Source of the DNA: a virus | Lineage: Duplodnaviria; Caudoviricetes | IMG/VR virus record: IMGVR_UViG_3300005611_000001 | Direction: 5' to 3' (one strand) | DNA: 64,000 nt | Shown: piece by piece, positions 29,045-39,386 of the stretch | How positions within the stretch are numbered: the first letter of the stretch is position 1 | Layout of the letters: the number at the start of each line of letters is the position of its first letter | The notes under the pieces: generated by a model | Databases searched by the model: none | What the model saw: only the letters and a program-made list of their open reading frames with translations | Told to the model about the DNA's origin: nothing | Translations under genes and position numbers: made by a program

Positions 29045-30519
29045 TGGAAATAATCAAATTCAAAATGAAAGATCATGCGTTTCTTCAGTTAACGGAATGC
29101 TCACCACATGTCGTCGCTGAAATGTCACAGCATTTTACTTTCGAAGTGCCTGGTGCTAAGTTCATGCCTGCTGTTAAGAAAAGACTGTGGGATGGTAAGA
29201 TTCGCATGCTGGATCGTAACACTGGGCAAATCAATGCGGGCTTATACTGGGCGATTAAAAAGTTCGCGATGGAGCGTGGCTACGGCGTCAAGGTAGAAGA
29301 GAGTGAGTACGGCTATCCATATGATAAAAACAAAGTCAATCACATGGAGACGATGCAGTGGCTTGAAACGCTAGACGCGCCCTACAAGCCTCGCGACTAT
29401 CAGTACGATGCGTTTACGCACGGTGTAGAAAATAAGCGTTCTATTCTACTCTCTCCTACAGGTTCTGGTAAATCTTTTATCATCTATCTACTCATGCGAT
29501 GGTATCTACAGAATCATGACGATAAAGTGCTTGTCATCGTGCCCACAACATCTCTGGTAGAGCAGCTATATTCAGACTTCGAAGACTACGGTTTTGATGT
29601 CGAACAAAACTGTCATCGAATTTATTCAGGCAAAGACAAAGAGACTGAGAAGCGCATCATCATATCAACTTGGCAGTCCATCTACAAGTTACACCCCAAT
29701 TGGTTCTGGCAGTTTGGCGCAATTTTTGGTGACGAAGTGCATGGCTTCAAGTCGAAATCTCTTTCGTCGATCATGAACAAAGCAAAGAACGCAGAGTATC
29801 GATGGGGAACGACTGGTACGCTTGACGGTACGCAAGTTCACAAACTTGTGCTTGAGGGTCTGTTCGGTCCTGTGAAGCGCGTGACTACAACTCATGAACT
29901 ACAGCAAGAAGATACCCTTGCTAAACTGAAGATAAATATTATACTGCTAGAGTATGCTAAAGAAATTTGTAAGTCAATGGAAGGTAAATCATATCATGAC
30001 GAAATCGACTTCATTGTCTCAAACGAAAAACGAAACAAGTTCATCGCAAACCTCGCTGTTGACAGAACTGGAAATACGCTTGTTCTATTCAACTTGGTGG
30101 ATCGTCATGGCAAGGTGCTTCGGGATTTAATTCAAGATAGATTAAAAGAAGGGCAACGTCTATTTTATGTTAGCGGTGAAACTAAAACAAGTGATCGAGA
30201 GCAAATACGAAACATTGTTGAGAATCAAAAAAACTCTATTATTCTCGCTAGTCTGGGTACTTTTTCCACTGGCATTAATATCAAAAACATTCACAACATT
30301 ATATTTGCATCTCCTTCGAAGAGTCAAATACGAGTGCTACAGTCCATCGGCAGAGGCTTAAGAAAGTCAGACGATGGTAGCGACACAATATTGTACGATA
30401 TAGCAGACGATTTACATGTAGGTGGAAAGAAGAATTTTACACTACTACATAGTGGTGAGAGAATACGAATATATAATAATGAGAAGTTTCCTTACCATAT
30501 TATTAAAATTGGGATGTAA
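29044..30519 (+). CDS. uvsW: SF2 DNA helicase
   Basis: LLSPTGSGKS, GDEVHGF, GTTGT, QSIGRGLR. Confidence 0.96.
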   Translation: MEIIKFKMKDHAFLQLTECSPHVVAEMSQHFTFEVPGAKFMPAVKKRLWDGKIRMLDRNTGQINAGLYWAIKKFAMERGYGVKVEESEYGYPYDKNKVNHMETMQWLETLDAPYKPRDYQYDAFTHGVENKRSILLSPTGSGKSFIIYLLMRWYLQNHDDKVLVIVPTTSLVEQLYSDFEDYGFDVEQNCHRIYSGKDKETEKRIIISTWQSIYKLHPNWFWQFGAIFGDEVHGFKSKSLSSIMNKAKNAEYRWGTTGTLDGTQVHKLVLEGLFGPVKRVTTTHELQQEDTLAKLKINIILLEYAKEICKSMEGKSYHDEIDFIVSNEKRNKFIANLAVDRTGNTLVLFNLVDRHGKVLRDLIQDRLKEGQRLFYVSGETKTSDREQIRNIVENQKNSIILASLGTFSTGINIKNIHNIIFASPSKSQIRVLQSIGRGLRKSDDGSDTILYDIADDLHVGGKKNFTLLHSGERIRIYNNEKFPYHIIKIGM

Positions 30520-30521
30520 TT

Positions 30522-30974
30522 ATGCATGTACACGATTTAGCACAATTTAAATTTAGTAGTGGTCAGGAAATTGTTTGTGAAGTTATGGAATGGCCTACCG
30601 ATGGTGAAAAAGATATTATAGTGCGAAACGCTATGTCTATAGTGATGGGCGAAACTTCTGATGGTGAAAGAATTTATGTTTTTAAGCCTTGGGTACATTT
30701 TCTTGCAAAGAACGATGAATATATTGTAATTAATTCATTTCATGTTGTAAGTCAAAATCGCCCCAACGAACATCTGATTACAGAATATATTTACGCTGTA
30801 AAAGAAATGCACAATCAAGCAATTGAACGTGACGAAGACTATAAAAACGACGAGAGAGAAAAACTCAATAAAATACAAAACGCCTTAAATTTATATACCA
30901 AGCAGAAAGTTAGTTACGATAGCGCTGAGTCGAATGTAGTACGCTTCCCTCGCAAAGATGATACTCTACATTAA
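30522..30974 (+). CDS. Conserved hypothetical protein (Sm-like fold possible)
   Basis: QFKFSSGQEIVCEV N-terminus; conserved position between uvsW and gp55. Confidence 0.7.
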   Translation: MHVHDLAQFKFSSGQEIVCEVMEWPTDGEKDIIVRNAMSIVMGETSDGERIYVFKPWVHFLAKNDEYIVINSFHVVSQNRPNEHLITEYIYAVKEMHNQAIERDEDYKNDEREKLNKIQNALNLYTKQKVSYDSAESNVVRFPRKDDTLH

Positions 30975-31004
30975 TATTCTCTGTTCCCTGGCGCGTGGAG
31001 TTTT

Positions 31005-31033
31005 ATTTTAGCACGAATTTTTTGATTTGTCAA
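31005..31033 (-). promoter_or_regulatory. Minus-strand sigma70-type promoter
   Basis: TTGACA-17 nt-TAAAAT with extended TG on minus strand. Confidence 0.6.
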
Positions 31034-31083
31034 TATGTTTTTGATTTTAATTTTAGTTTATAATGTAAACCGAAAGTTAACTA

Positions 31084-31680
31084 ATGAGTAATATTATGAA
31101 AGAAGAAAAGCCACACTACGTCAACAATGCACAGTTTTCTCAAGCGGTTGTCAATTATGTCGAACATGCTAGCCGAGAAGTCGCTGCAGGTCGTGACAAG
31201 CCTATCATACCAGATTATGTGGCTATGTGCTTTTTGCGGATCGCAGAAGGATTATCTCACAAAGCAAACTTCGTTCGCTACACCTATCGCGAAGAGATGG
31301 TGATGGATGCTGTGGAAAACTGTCTCAAAGCCATTGAGAATTATAATCTAGAAACAGCGACTCGCACAGGCAAACCTAACGCATTTGCATACTTCACACA
31401 GATTGCATGGTACGCTTTTCTTCGTCGTATCGAAAAAGAAAAGAAGCAGCAAGATGTCAAACTGAAGTTCATTGCTGAAGCAGGCATTGAACACTTCTTT
31501 GATACATCTTCGCCCGAAGACTTCGATGACGCATCTGCCCTCCCCTTCCTTGATGAGTTGCGCGGTCGCATCGATCTTGTGAAAGAAAATGATCGCACGT
31601 TCAAAGAGTACTACAAGAAAGAAAAGCGTCGCCGCAAAGCAAAAGTTGATTCTGATCTATCAGAGTTTCTTGAAGATTGA
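31084..31680 (+). CDS. gp55: Late-transcription sigma factor
   Basis: HYVNN, LSHKANF..YTYREEMVMDAVENC, NAFAYFTQIAW.AFLRRIEKEK. Confidence 0.96.
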   Translation: MSNIMKEEKPHYVNNAQFSQAVVNYVEHASREVAAGRDKPIIPDYVAMCFLRIAEGLSHKANFVRYTYREEMVMDAVENCLKAIENYNLETATRTGKPNAFAYFTQIAWYAFLRRIEKEKKQQDVKLKFIAEAGIEHFFDTSSPEDFDDASALPFLDELRGRIDLVKENDRTFKEYYKKEKRRRKAKVDSDLSEFLED

Positions 31681-31727
31681 TGTTGGTTTGTGTATAATAC
31701 ACATTAAACCACAACTATAGGTTTATT

Positions 31728-32801
31728 ATGAAAGTAGCAATACTGAATGATACGCATTGCGGAATTCGCAATTCTGCTGAGATTATGATGCAGTATCAAG
31801 AGCGCTTCTATTCTGAAGTGTTCTTTCCACACCTGCTGAAGAATGGTATCACCAAGATTCTACACCTTGGTGACTACTATGACAATCGCAAGTTCATCAA
31901 CTTCAAAGCGCTAGAACACAATCGCAAAATCTTTTTAGAGAAACTGCGTGAACATAAGATTCACATGGATATCATTCCAGGTAACCATGATGTGTTCTAT
32001 AAGAATACCAATGACCTAAACGCTTTGAAAGAACTGCTCGGTCACTACATGGCAGAAGTTCGAATCATCGAAAAACCTACTGTCGTAGACTATGACGGCA
32101 TGCCTATGGCTCTCGTTCCCTGGATCAATGACGAGAATGAGAAAGAAACTTACGAGTTTCTGTCAAAGTGTAAAGCGTCAATTGTTGGCGCGCATCTAGA
32201 ACTAGAAGGCTTTGAAATGCAAGCAGGCATTCCATGTACGCATGGCATGAGTTCTGATATCTTCAAGCGATTCGACATGGTGCTGACTGGTCACTTCCAT
32301 TCAAAGTCGAACATGGGCAACATTCACTATCTTGGTTCGCAGATGGAGTTTTTCTGGTCAGACGCGCACGAACCAAAATACTTCCATGTACTTGATACGA
32401 ATACTCGCGAACTGACTGCAGTTCACAATCCCATCACATTGTTCCAGCGACTCTACTATGATGATACCGTAGAGAAAGCAGAGTATAAGTACCGCACTGG
32501 GCAGCTACCAGATATCACTGACAAGTTTGTGAAAGTCGTGGTTGTTAACAAATCGAATCCTAAACTGTTTGATCATTGGCTAGACCGCATTCAATCAAAG
32601 CGCATTCATGAGCTTAAGATTGCTGAGAACTTCGAAGAGTTTGTGGGTACATCAGTCGAAGATGAAAAAGTTTCTGTTGAATCTACAGAACAACTTCTCG
32701 CTAGTTATATCGATGCAGTTGAAACACCGTTAGACAAAGCGCGTATCAAAAACATGATGCACGAATTAATGATTGAAGCACAGACAATGGATATTGTATG
32801 A
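31728..32801 (+). CDS. gp47: Recombination endonuclease subunit (Mre11/SbcD-like)
   Basis: DTH, HLGDYYD, PGNHD, GAHLE, TGHFH. Confidence 0.96.
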   Translation: MKVAILNDTHCGIRNSAEIMMQYQERFYSEVFFPHLLKNGITKILHLGDYYDNRKFINFKALEHNRKIFLEKLREHKIHMDIIPGNHDVFYKNTNDLNALKELLGHYMAEVRIIEKPTVVDYDGMPMALVPWINDENEKETYEFLSKCKASIVGAHLELEGFEMQAGIPCTHGMSSDIFKRFDMVLTGHFHSKSNMGNIHYLGSQMEFFWSDAHEPKYFHVLDTNTRELTAVHNPITLFQRLYYDDTVEKAEYKYRTGQLPDITDKFVKVVVVNKSNPKLFDHWLDRIQSKRIHELKIAENFEEFVGTSVEDEKVSVESTEQLLASYIDAVETPLDKARIKNMMHELMIEAQTMDIV

Positions 32802-33346
32802 CATGGTATGACTCTAAGTTTCCAAAACCGGAAATGACTGAAGAAGAATTTCAATTTCTCACAGCAAACTTTACCAAAGACGATGTGGTAATCGAATACG
32901 GTAGCGGGCATTCTACACCAAATTTAGCACCTCTAGTCGGTGAGCTTTGGACTGTTGATCATCACGAGCAATGGTACAACAAGGTAAAAGACATGTGTTC
33001 TGGTTTTACTAATGTCAGACACATCCATGTACCTTTCGACGCGCCACGCCGCCCACCAGCCGTCTGGCGACGCAATCCAGAGGCAGTGTACGGATTTCCT
33101 ACGCCCTTTGAGTGCGTCAAATCTTACTCAACCTGGATACTGACTCAAGAACAGAAGTTTGATAAAGTGTTTCTTGACGGTCGAGGAAGACAATGGGTGG
33201 CTCAGATGATTATTAACAATCTCAAAGAAGATCATGAACTGTTTGTACATGACTACATTGACCGCAAAAGATACTTTACAATTGAACGCTTCTATGATAA
33301 GATAGAGGTCGTTGGTTCTATGGCAAAGTTTAAGTGTAAAATATGA
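32798..33346 (+). CDS. Class I SAM-dependent methyltransferase-like protein
   Basis: VIEYGSGHST, WTVDH, KFDKVFLDGR. Confidence 0.75.
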   Translation: MTWYDSKFPKPEMTEEEFQFLTANFTKDDVVIEYGSGHSTPNLAPLVGELWTVDHHEQWYNKVKDMCSGFTNVRHIHVPFDAPRRPPAVWRRNPEAVYGFPTPFECVKSYSTWILTQEQKFDKVFLDGRGRQWVAQMIINNLKEDHELFVHDYIDRKRYFTIERFYDKIEVVGSMAKFKCKI

Positions 33347-35058
33347 TCGTATTTAAAAATCTGCGGTACCGTAACTTTCTAAGTACGGGCGATAACTTCA
33401 CAGAAATTGCGCTGAACAAGTCCCGCTCTACGCTGATTATAGGTCAGAATGGTGCGGGCAAGTCAACCATGCTTGACGCGCTATCGTTCGCGTTATTTGG
33501 TAAAGCACACCGTAATATCAATAAGAACCAGTTGATCAACTCTATCAATAACAAAGCAATGCTTGTCGAAGTAGAGTTTGATATTGGTCCCGCTTCGTAT
33601 AAGATTGTGCGTGGTGTGAAGCCCAACAAGTTTGAGATTTGGAAAGATGGTAATCTGATTAATCAAGATAGCCACAATAAAGAATATCAAAAGGTTTTAG
33701 AGCAGAACATTTTAAAACTAAATCACAAATCGTTTCATCAGATTGTTGTATTGGGTAGCAGCAGTTTTATTCCGTTTATGCAACTGCCTGCACAGCACCG
33801 TCGCGAGGTGATCGAAGACCTACTAGACATCAATGTGTTCTCTAAGATGAATCAGATTCTCAAAGAGAAAGCATCGGTGCTCAAGGAGAATCTAAAACAA
33901 AATGAACACTTTATCGAACTTGTCGAAACAAGACTCCTCTCTCAATCTAAGTATCTCCGTGACATACAGGCGATCAATACGGCGCAGCGAGAAGAAAAGA
34001 GATCCGAAATTGCCAAGGCTCAAGAGGAGTGCGCGGCGCTCAGTGCTGAAGTTGAAATCTTGGAACAACAAGTACACCTCCTTCTACCAAGTGCCGAGGC
34101 TGCACTCAACTCCGCCCGAAAACAAATCGAAAAAATTAAAGAGTATGAAACGGCATTTAAAACAAAAGCAAAGTCTATTGCGAAAGAGGTCAAGTTTTTT
34201 GCGGAAAATACGGATTGTCCTACCTGCGGGCAGCATATCGAGGATTCGCTTCGTAGACAGAAGACTGATCTGGGTACCGAGAAAGCAAAGGAACTTAACG
34301 AAGCCATCGCCAAAGCGAGTGATGCGAAACGCGCTCTGGAAAATTCAGAAACCGAAGCGTTATCTGAGATCCAACAAGTATCTGATTGGCATAATCAGAC
34401 ACTGGTAAAGAATCAGGTCATTTCTAGACTGCAGAGCAGCGTGGCAAAACTGCAGAAAGAAATCGAAGAAATGGACAATACTGGTACTGATCTTGAAGAA
34501 GCGCAACGCCAGTTAGAGCAATTGCAAGAAGAAAAGAACAATCTTTTCGAAGCAAAGCATGAGCAAAACGAGCAGTTTTCTTATCACATGATTTGCTCTG
34601 AGTTGCTGAAAGATACGGGTATCAAGACCAAGATCATCAAGCAGTATCTACCTGTGATCAATAATCTTGTAAACAAGTATCTACAAGTGCTAGACTTCTA
34701 TGTGTCGTTTCATCTGGACGATACTTTCAAAGAGTCTATTCGCTCGCGCTATCGTGATGAGTTTTCATACGATTCGTTCAGCGAAGGTGAGAAACAGCGG
34801 ATTGACCTTGCGCTACTGTTTACATGGCGCATGGTAGCGAAGATGAAGAATAGCATTGCAACCAATCTGCTGATTCTTGACGAAACCTTTGATAGTAGTC
34901 TAGACGCTGATGGCGTGGACAATCTAACGAAAATTCTCGAAACACTTGATGATGAGACCCGCGTCTTTATAATTTCTCACAAAGGAGACTTGCTTGACGG
35001 TAAATTTGATGATAAGATAGAATTTGTGAAACACAAAAACTTTAGCAAAATTGCTTGA
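33343..35058 (+). CDS. gp46: Recombination ATPase subunit (Rad50/SbcC-like)
   Basis: GQNGAGKST, zinc hook CPTCGQ, FSEGEKQRIDL, LILDETFD. Confidence 0.97.
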   Translation: MIVFKNLRYRNFLSTGDNFTEIALNKSRSTLIIGQNGAGKSTMLDALSFALFGKAHRNINKNQLINSINNKAMLVEVEFDIGPASYKIVRGVKPNKFEIWKDGNLINQDSHNKEYQKVLEQNILKLNHKSFHQIVVLGSSSFIPFMQLPAQHRREVIEDLLDINVFSKMNQILKEKASVLKENLKQNEHFIELVETRLLSQSKYLRDIQAINTAQREEKRSEIAKAQEECAALSAEVEILEQQVHLLLPSAEAALNSARKQIEKIKEYETAFKTKAKSIAKEVKFFAENTDCPTCGQHIEDSLRRQKTDLGTEKAKELNEAIAKASDAKRALENSETEALSEIQQVSDWHNQTLVKNQVISRLQSSVAKLQKEIEEMDNTGTDLEEAQRQLEQLQEEKNNLFEAKHEQNEQFSYHMICSELLKDTGIKTKIIKQYLPVINNLVNKYLQVLDFYVSFHLDDTFKESIRSRYRDEFSYDSFSEGEKQRIDLALLFTWRMVAKMKNSIATNLLILDETFDSSLDADGVDNLTKILETLDDETRVFIISHKGDLLDGKFDDKIEFVKHKNFSKIA

Positions 35059-35118
35059 CTTAATGGGTACTTCGTGATACCTTATCTACACTTTATGTAA
35101 CTTGAAGGGTACATTATT

Positions 35119-35796
35119 ATGGAACTATCTGAAAAAGCGTCGACCGTTCTCAAGAACTTTGCGACGATCAATCCCAACATTGTACTTACCAAAGGCAACA
35201 CTATCAAGACCATCTCGGAAGCAAAGAATGTCCTTGCTACTGCGACCCTTGATGTTGAGTTTCCAAAGACTGTCGGTGTCTATGATCTGAACGAATTTCT
35301 TAGTGTTCTGTCTTTGATCGATAGCCCTACGCTGTCTTTCTCGGACGACAACTTTGTGACGATTAGCGATTCGTCTTTGCGTACTAATGTTAAGTACTTT
35401 TATTCTGATATAAGTATGCTTACTGTTCCTAACAAAGACATTGTAATGCCCGAAGCTGAAGTGACTTTTACTCTTGATCGTGATACACTTTCGCGCGTCA
35501 AGCGAGCCGCTTCTGTTCTTGGTCATACTGAAATGTCTCTGTCTGTAGTGGACGGTGCATTAGAACTGCGTGTCATTGATCATAATGATCCTACTTCGAA
35601 TGCATATTCGACTCTGGTTCAAGGCACGTTTAAAGATCCAAACTTCAACTTTGTTTTCAATATTTCAAACTTGAAGATGGTAGAAGGCGATTATCAAGTT
35701 GATATTTCGTCGAAGCTGATTTCTCAGTTCACCAATGAAACTGCAGGAATTAAATACTGGGTTGCACTTGAAAAAAACAGTAAATACGGAGAATAG
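35119..35796 (+). CDS. gp45: Sliding clamp
   Basis: LKNFATINPNI, GVYDLNEFLSVL, YWVALE. Confidence 0.95.
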   Translation: MELSEKASTVLKNFATINPNIVLTKGNTIKTISEAKNVLATATLDVEFPKTVGVYDLNEFLSVLSLIDSPTLSFSDDNFVTISDSSLRTNVKYFYSDISMLTVPNKDIVMPEAEVTFTLDRDTLSRVKRAASVLGHTEMSLSVVDGALELRVIDHNDPTSNAYSTLVQGTFKDPNFNFVFNISNLKMVEGDYQVDISSKLISQFTNETAGIKYWVALEKNSKYGE

Positions 35797-35798
35797 TA

Positions 35799-35990
35799 AT
35801 GGCAAATAATGAAATGGTCGATCTGACAAATCGTGTTACGCGAAGCACGGTCGCTGTAATTGACACTGTAACTTCTCGTGGTGGTTTCCGCGGCGAAGAA
35901 CTTTCTACGATTGGGCAACTGCGTGATCAATGCATTCAATTAATCCAATTGGTTGAACAAGCACAATCCGAAGCTGAATCTGAGTCGTAA
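35799..35990 (+). CDS. Small conserved hypothetical protein
   Basis: GGAG RBS; RGGFRGEELSTIGQLRD. Confidence 0.7.
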   Translation: MANNEMVDLTNRVTRSTVAVIDTVTSRGGFRGEELSTIGQLRDQCIQLIQLVEQAQSEAESES

Positions 35991-36010
35991 GTGTGATATA
36001 ATCTACTCCA

Positions 36011-36172
36011 ATGAAACGCATATGGACTGTATGGAAATATGCTATTGGCAGTTATAGCGACGAAAAAACTGCCGACTATGATGATGTAGTTGCGATTATT
36101 CGATCAGTATTTGTGACTGTGAACTTTGTGACATGTTTCTTTATTATGTCCAATATCATTCACAACTGGTAA
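36011..36172 (+). CDS. Small membrane protein (53 aa, below ORF-track cutoff)
   Basis: MKRIWTVWKYAIGSYSDEKTADYDDVVAIIRSVFVTVNFVTCFFIMSNIIHNW; fills the gap exactly. Confidence 0.75.
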   Translation: MKRIWTVWKYAIGSYSDEKTADYDDVVAIIRSVFVTVNFVTCFFIMSNIIHNW

Positions 36173-36193
36173 CTTTATTATGTGGAGTAAATT

Positions 36194-37132
36194 ATGTCAA
36201 ACGATTTTCTGTGGGTCGAGAAGTATCGCCCGCGCAAGGTAGAAGATGCTATTCTACCGAAGCCTCTCAAAGAAGTCTTTACCAAGATCGTGCAGTCTGG
36301 TGAATTGCCTAACATGCTTTTCACTGGCACTGCAGGTCTTGGCAAGACTACAGTCGCGCGCGCTCTGTGTGACGAATTGGGATACGATTACATTGTGATC
36401 AATGGCTCTGAAGAGGGCAACATTGATACTTTGCGAGGCAAGATCAAGCGCTTCGCTTCTACTGTTTCTCTCAGTGGTGATCTGAAGGTTGTCATTCTAG
36501 ATGAAGCAGATTACTTGAATCCACAATCGACTCAGCCTGCTCTTCGTGGCTTCATCGAAGAGTTTTCGAACAACTGTCGGTTCATTCTGACCTGTAACTT
36601 CAAGAATCGTATCATTGAACCTCTACACTCTCGCTGTGGTGTGTACGAGTTTAATACGACCAAGAAAGAGATGCAGGCTCTCTGCGCAGATTTCTTTGTC
36701 CGTCTCATTCATATTCTTGAAAGTGAAGGCGTATCCTTTAATAAAGACCTGATCGCTCAATTGATCATGAAGCATGCGCCTGACTGGCGCCGTGTGATCA
36801 ATGAGTGTCAGCGCTACTCTATTGGCGGGCAACTAGAAACTACAGTTCTCAATAATGACGTTTCGGGCAACTATAGTGTTCTTTTCAAGGCTCTGAAAGA
36901 CAAAGACTTTAAAAAGATGCGTAGTTGGGTTGCGCAGAATGTTGATGTCGATGTTTCTGCAATTTTTCGACATATATACGATAGTATGTACGATTGTGTT
37001 TCACCTTCGTCCATACCACAGTTAATATTAATCCTTGCAGATTATCAGTACAAAAACGCATTTGTTGCTGATCACGAACTAAACGTGGTTGCGTGTATGA
37101 CTGAAATAATGGCAAATGTGGAGTTTACATGA
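36194..37132 (+). CDS. gp44: Clamp loader large subunit
   Basis: WVEKYRP, GTAGLGKTT, VILDEAD, IIEPLHSRC. Confidence 0.97.
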   Translation: MSNDFLWVEKYRPRKVEDAILPKPLKEVFTKIVQSGELPNMLFTGTAGLGKTTVARALCDELGYDYIVINGSEEGNIDTLRGKIKRFASTVSLSGDLKVVILDEADYLNPQSTQPALRGFIEEFSNNCRFILTCNFKNRIIEPLHSRCGVYEFNTTKKEMQALCADFFVRLIHILESEGVSFNKDLIAQLIMKHAPDWRRVINECQRYSIGGQLETTVLNNDVSGNYSVLFKALKDKDFKKMRSWVAQNVDVDVSAIFRHIYDSMYDCVSPSSIPQLILILADYQYKNAFVADHELNVVACMTEIMANVEFT

Positions 37133-37135
37133 CAA

Positions 37136-37930
37136 ATGTATCGCGACAATATTTTCTATTTTAATGGATATAGAAAAGAGTTTATAGATTTTAGAACTTG
37201 CCCAAAAAATGGATCAACTTCGATCAAAGAACTTTATTTAAAAACTTTGAGCCCTAAAGAATTGTATAATTATGAAAATTATGTAAAAACAAGCACGCAC
37301 GAGCCGCTGAATTGGAGACAAAGATTGATCTGGTTTTACGCTGATCAATTTGATATGCCTTTTCGCAAAAATTCAATTCGTTTTGCAATAAGAAGAGATC
37401 CTCTAGATAGATTTAAGTCCGCAGTTGAAATGTTACAGGCCCAATCAAAAATTGCAAAAGTTGATCCTGATATCAATGTCGATGGTTTTGACAAATCGTA
37501 TAAAGGCTATTCATCAGTAAAAGAAGTCTTAGACAAACTAGAATCAAATGAAATTGTAAATGCTCATTTTTGGACTCAGACATATTATATGGGTCATCCT
37601 TCTCAATATGATTATGTTTATGATATTTCAGAAATGGGCGCTTGTTTGACGCATGTGACGAATTTTGTTAGCTTGCGAGATTTACAGCTTGACAAATACC
37701 CAATCCACTTGCTGATGTCAAATAATTCTTCTGATGAAGATTTGGCAAAAGTAAAGTCGGAAGAATACAATTTTAAGAAGCGCATGGGTACACATTTTGA
37801 TTTTGTGAAAATATCAGAAGAAGAAAAAATAACAAGGCATATGACATCAATGGATTATGCAAGAGTCCGTAAACTTTACAAAATCGACTACGAAAATGGT
37901 TGGGGAATTCCCGCAAATGTATATCGTTGA
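37136..37930 (+). CDS. Sulfotransferase (family 2-like)
   Basis: 5'-PSB CPKNGSTS, 3'-PB FAIRRDPLDRFKSA, HFWTQ. Confidence 0.8.
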   Translation: MYRDNIFYFNGYRKEFIDFRTCPKNGSTSIKELYLKTLSPKELYNYENYVKTSTHEPLNWRQRLIWFYADQFDMPFRKNSIRFAIRRDPLDRFKSAVEMLQAQSKIAKVDPDINVDGFDKSYKGYSSVKEVLDKLESNEIVNAHFWTQTYYMGHPSQYDYVYDISEMGACLTHVTNFVSLRDLQLDKYPIHLLMSNNSSDEDLAKVKSEEYNFKKRMGTHFDFVKISEEEKITRHMTSMDYARVRKLYKIDYENGWGIPANVYR

Positions 37931-38540
37931 AAAAACAACTCCCTGGCCTCATTGGGTAATAGACGATTTTTTGCCCAAGCACGAATTTGAATATCTTCAG
38001 ATGCTCACAAAAAATTGGCCAAAACCTAGGGACACAATCGATAAGTTGAATTGCAGATTAGATTGGTTTAAATTCTATGATCAAACTTATAAATTCGATG
38101 ACGAAGCTATTGAAGTTCGAAAAATTTTAAAACGGTCTGCAAAAAGACTAGAAAAAAGATTCGATATAAAGAATAAGTACAAGTCTTTGCATCTTGAATA
38201 TGCAAACTGTGGGCGCGATTATTATTACAGGGTGCATGTTGATGCACAAACAAAGTTCATGAGCAATGTTCTTTATGTCTCTCCTGACGGTGATGGCACC
38301 AGACTTTTTTCAGATAAAAACATGAATGATGTTGTATATGTTGACTGGAAGCCAAATCGTTTAGTATCATTCTTGGTAGACGATTACAAATATCATGACT
38401 ATTACTCTACAGTTGATGATAGAATTACGTTTAATATTTGCTTTATGAATAGCAGTATAAACTCAAAAAATCCACCGAAAAGATTTGAAGGTGGTGATGT
38501 TTTAACTTTGAGGGACATCTATAATAATGAATCCATTTGA
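37917..38540 (+). CDS. 2OG-Fe(II) oxygenase (prolyl-hydroxylase-like)
   Basis: PWPHWVIDDFL, HVD, GTRLF, WKPNRL, YH...RITFN. Confidence 0.8.
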   Translation: MYIVEKTTPWPHWVIDDFLPKHEFEYLQMLTKNWPKPRDTIDKLNCRLDWFKFYDQTYKFDDEAIEVRKILKRSAKRLEKRFDIKNKYKSLHLEYANCGRDYYYRVHVDAQTKFMSNVLYVSPDGDGTRLFSDKNMNDVVYVDWKPNRLVSFLVDDYKYHDYYSTVDDRITFNICFMNSSINSKNPPKRFEGGDVLTLRDIYNNESI

Positions 38541-38904
38541 TTATGTAAACGCGATCAATTACGACAAAAAAGACATCATGAAAGACGATCTTGACGAAAA
38601 AGCATACAACACTTTTTTGACCAATCGTTCTCTATCTTATTTTCCTGACACCGTGGCTGCAGCCAATGCAATCAATCAGTATCATCATCTTGATAAAAAA
38701 CTGCAATTCCATTTTTTACTAAATATAGTAAGAAAGCGAAAGCGCTTCTCTAAATGGGAAAAGCCAGAAGTTTTCGATGATGTGACCGCGGTAAAGGAGT
38801 ATTATGGATACAGCAACGAAAAAGCACGTTCTGCTTTGTCCCTCCTTTCACCAGATCAAATAGAAGAATTAAAAAGAAGGATCTATAAAGGTGGAAGAAA
38901 ATAA
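38527..38904 (+). CDS. gp62: Clamp loader small subunit
   Basis: NPFDYVNAIN, NRSLSYFPDT, RKRKRFSKW, YYGYSNEKA. Confidence 0.93.
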   Translation: MNPFDYVNAINYDKKDIMKDDLDEKAYNTFLTNRSLSYFPDTVAAANAINQYHHLDKKLQFHFLLNIVRKRKRFSKWEKPEVFDDVTAVKEYYGYSNEKARSALSLLSPDQIEELKRRIYKGGRK

Positions 38905-39298
38905 AGTTTGGAAGTCTACAGATATGTTGGAGATCGTCTTGAACGAGCCAGACGATTTCCTAAAAGTGCGTGAAACGCTAACACGAATGGGCGTCGCTTC
39001 GCGCAGAGAAAATAAACTTTTTCAGTCCTGTCATATTTTACACAAACAAGGTCGATATTTTATCGTTCATTTTAAAGAGCTATTTCTCCTTGATGGTAAA
39101 AAATCTAATCTTGAAGAAGCTGATGTATTAAGAAGAAATACGATTGCTACTTTGCTTGCAGACTGGGGCTTGATAAAAATCATCGATAAAACAAAAGTGG
39201 CAGAATGTGCGCCATTGCGTCAAGTCAAGATCATTTCTCACAAAGAAAAAGATCAGTGGGAACTTTGCCCCAAATATAATATCGGTAATAAGTCTTGA
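38891..39298 (+). CDS. regA: Translational repressor
   Basis: PDDFLKVRETLTRMGVASR...LFQSCHILHKQGRYFIVHFKELF. Confidence 0.98.
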   Translation: MEENKVWKSTDMLEIVLNEPDDFLKVRETLTRMGVASRRENKLFQSCHILHKQGRYFIVHFKELFLLDGKKSNLEEADVLRRNTIATLLADWGLIKIIDKTKVAECAPLRQVKIISHKEKDQWELCPKYNIGNKS

Positions 39299-39317
39299 TA
39301 TTGTAGGTCATATAGTG

Positions 39318-39325
39318 TATAAATA
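39318..39325 (+). promoter_or_regulatory. T4-type late promoter before hsp20
   Basis: TATAAATA. Confidence 0.8.
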
Positions 39326-39386
39326 GATGTGCGATGCGGATGGTCCGGTCGCACTTCAATCTTGCTTAATTTAAGGAGATACACTC

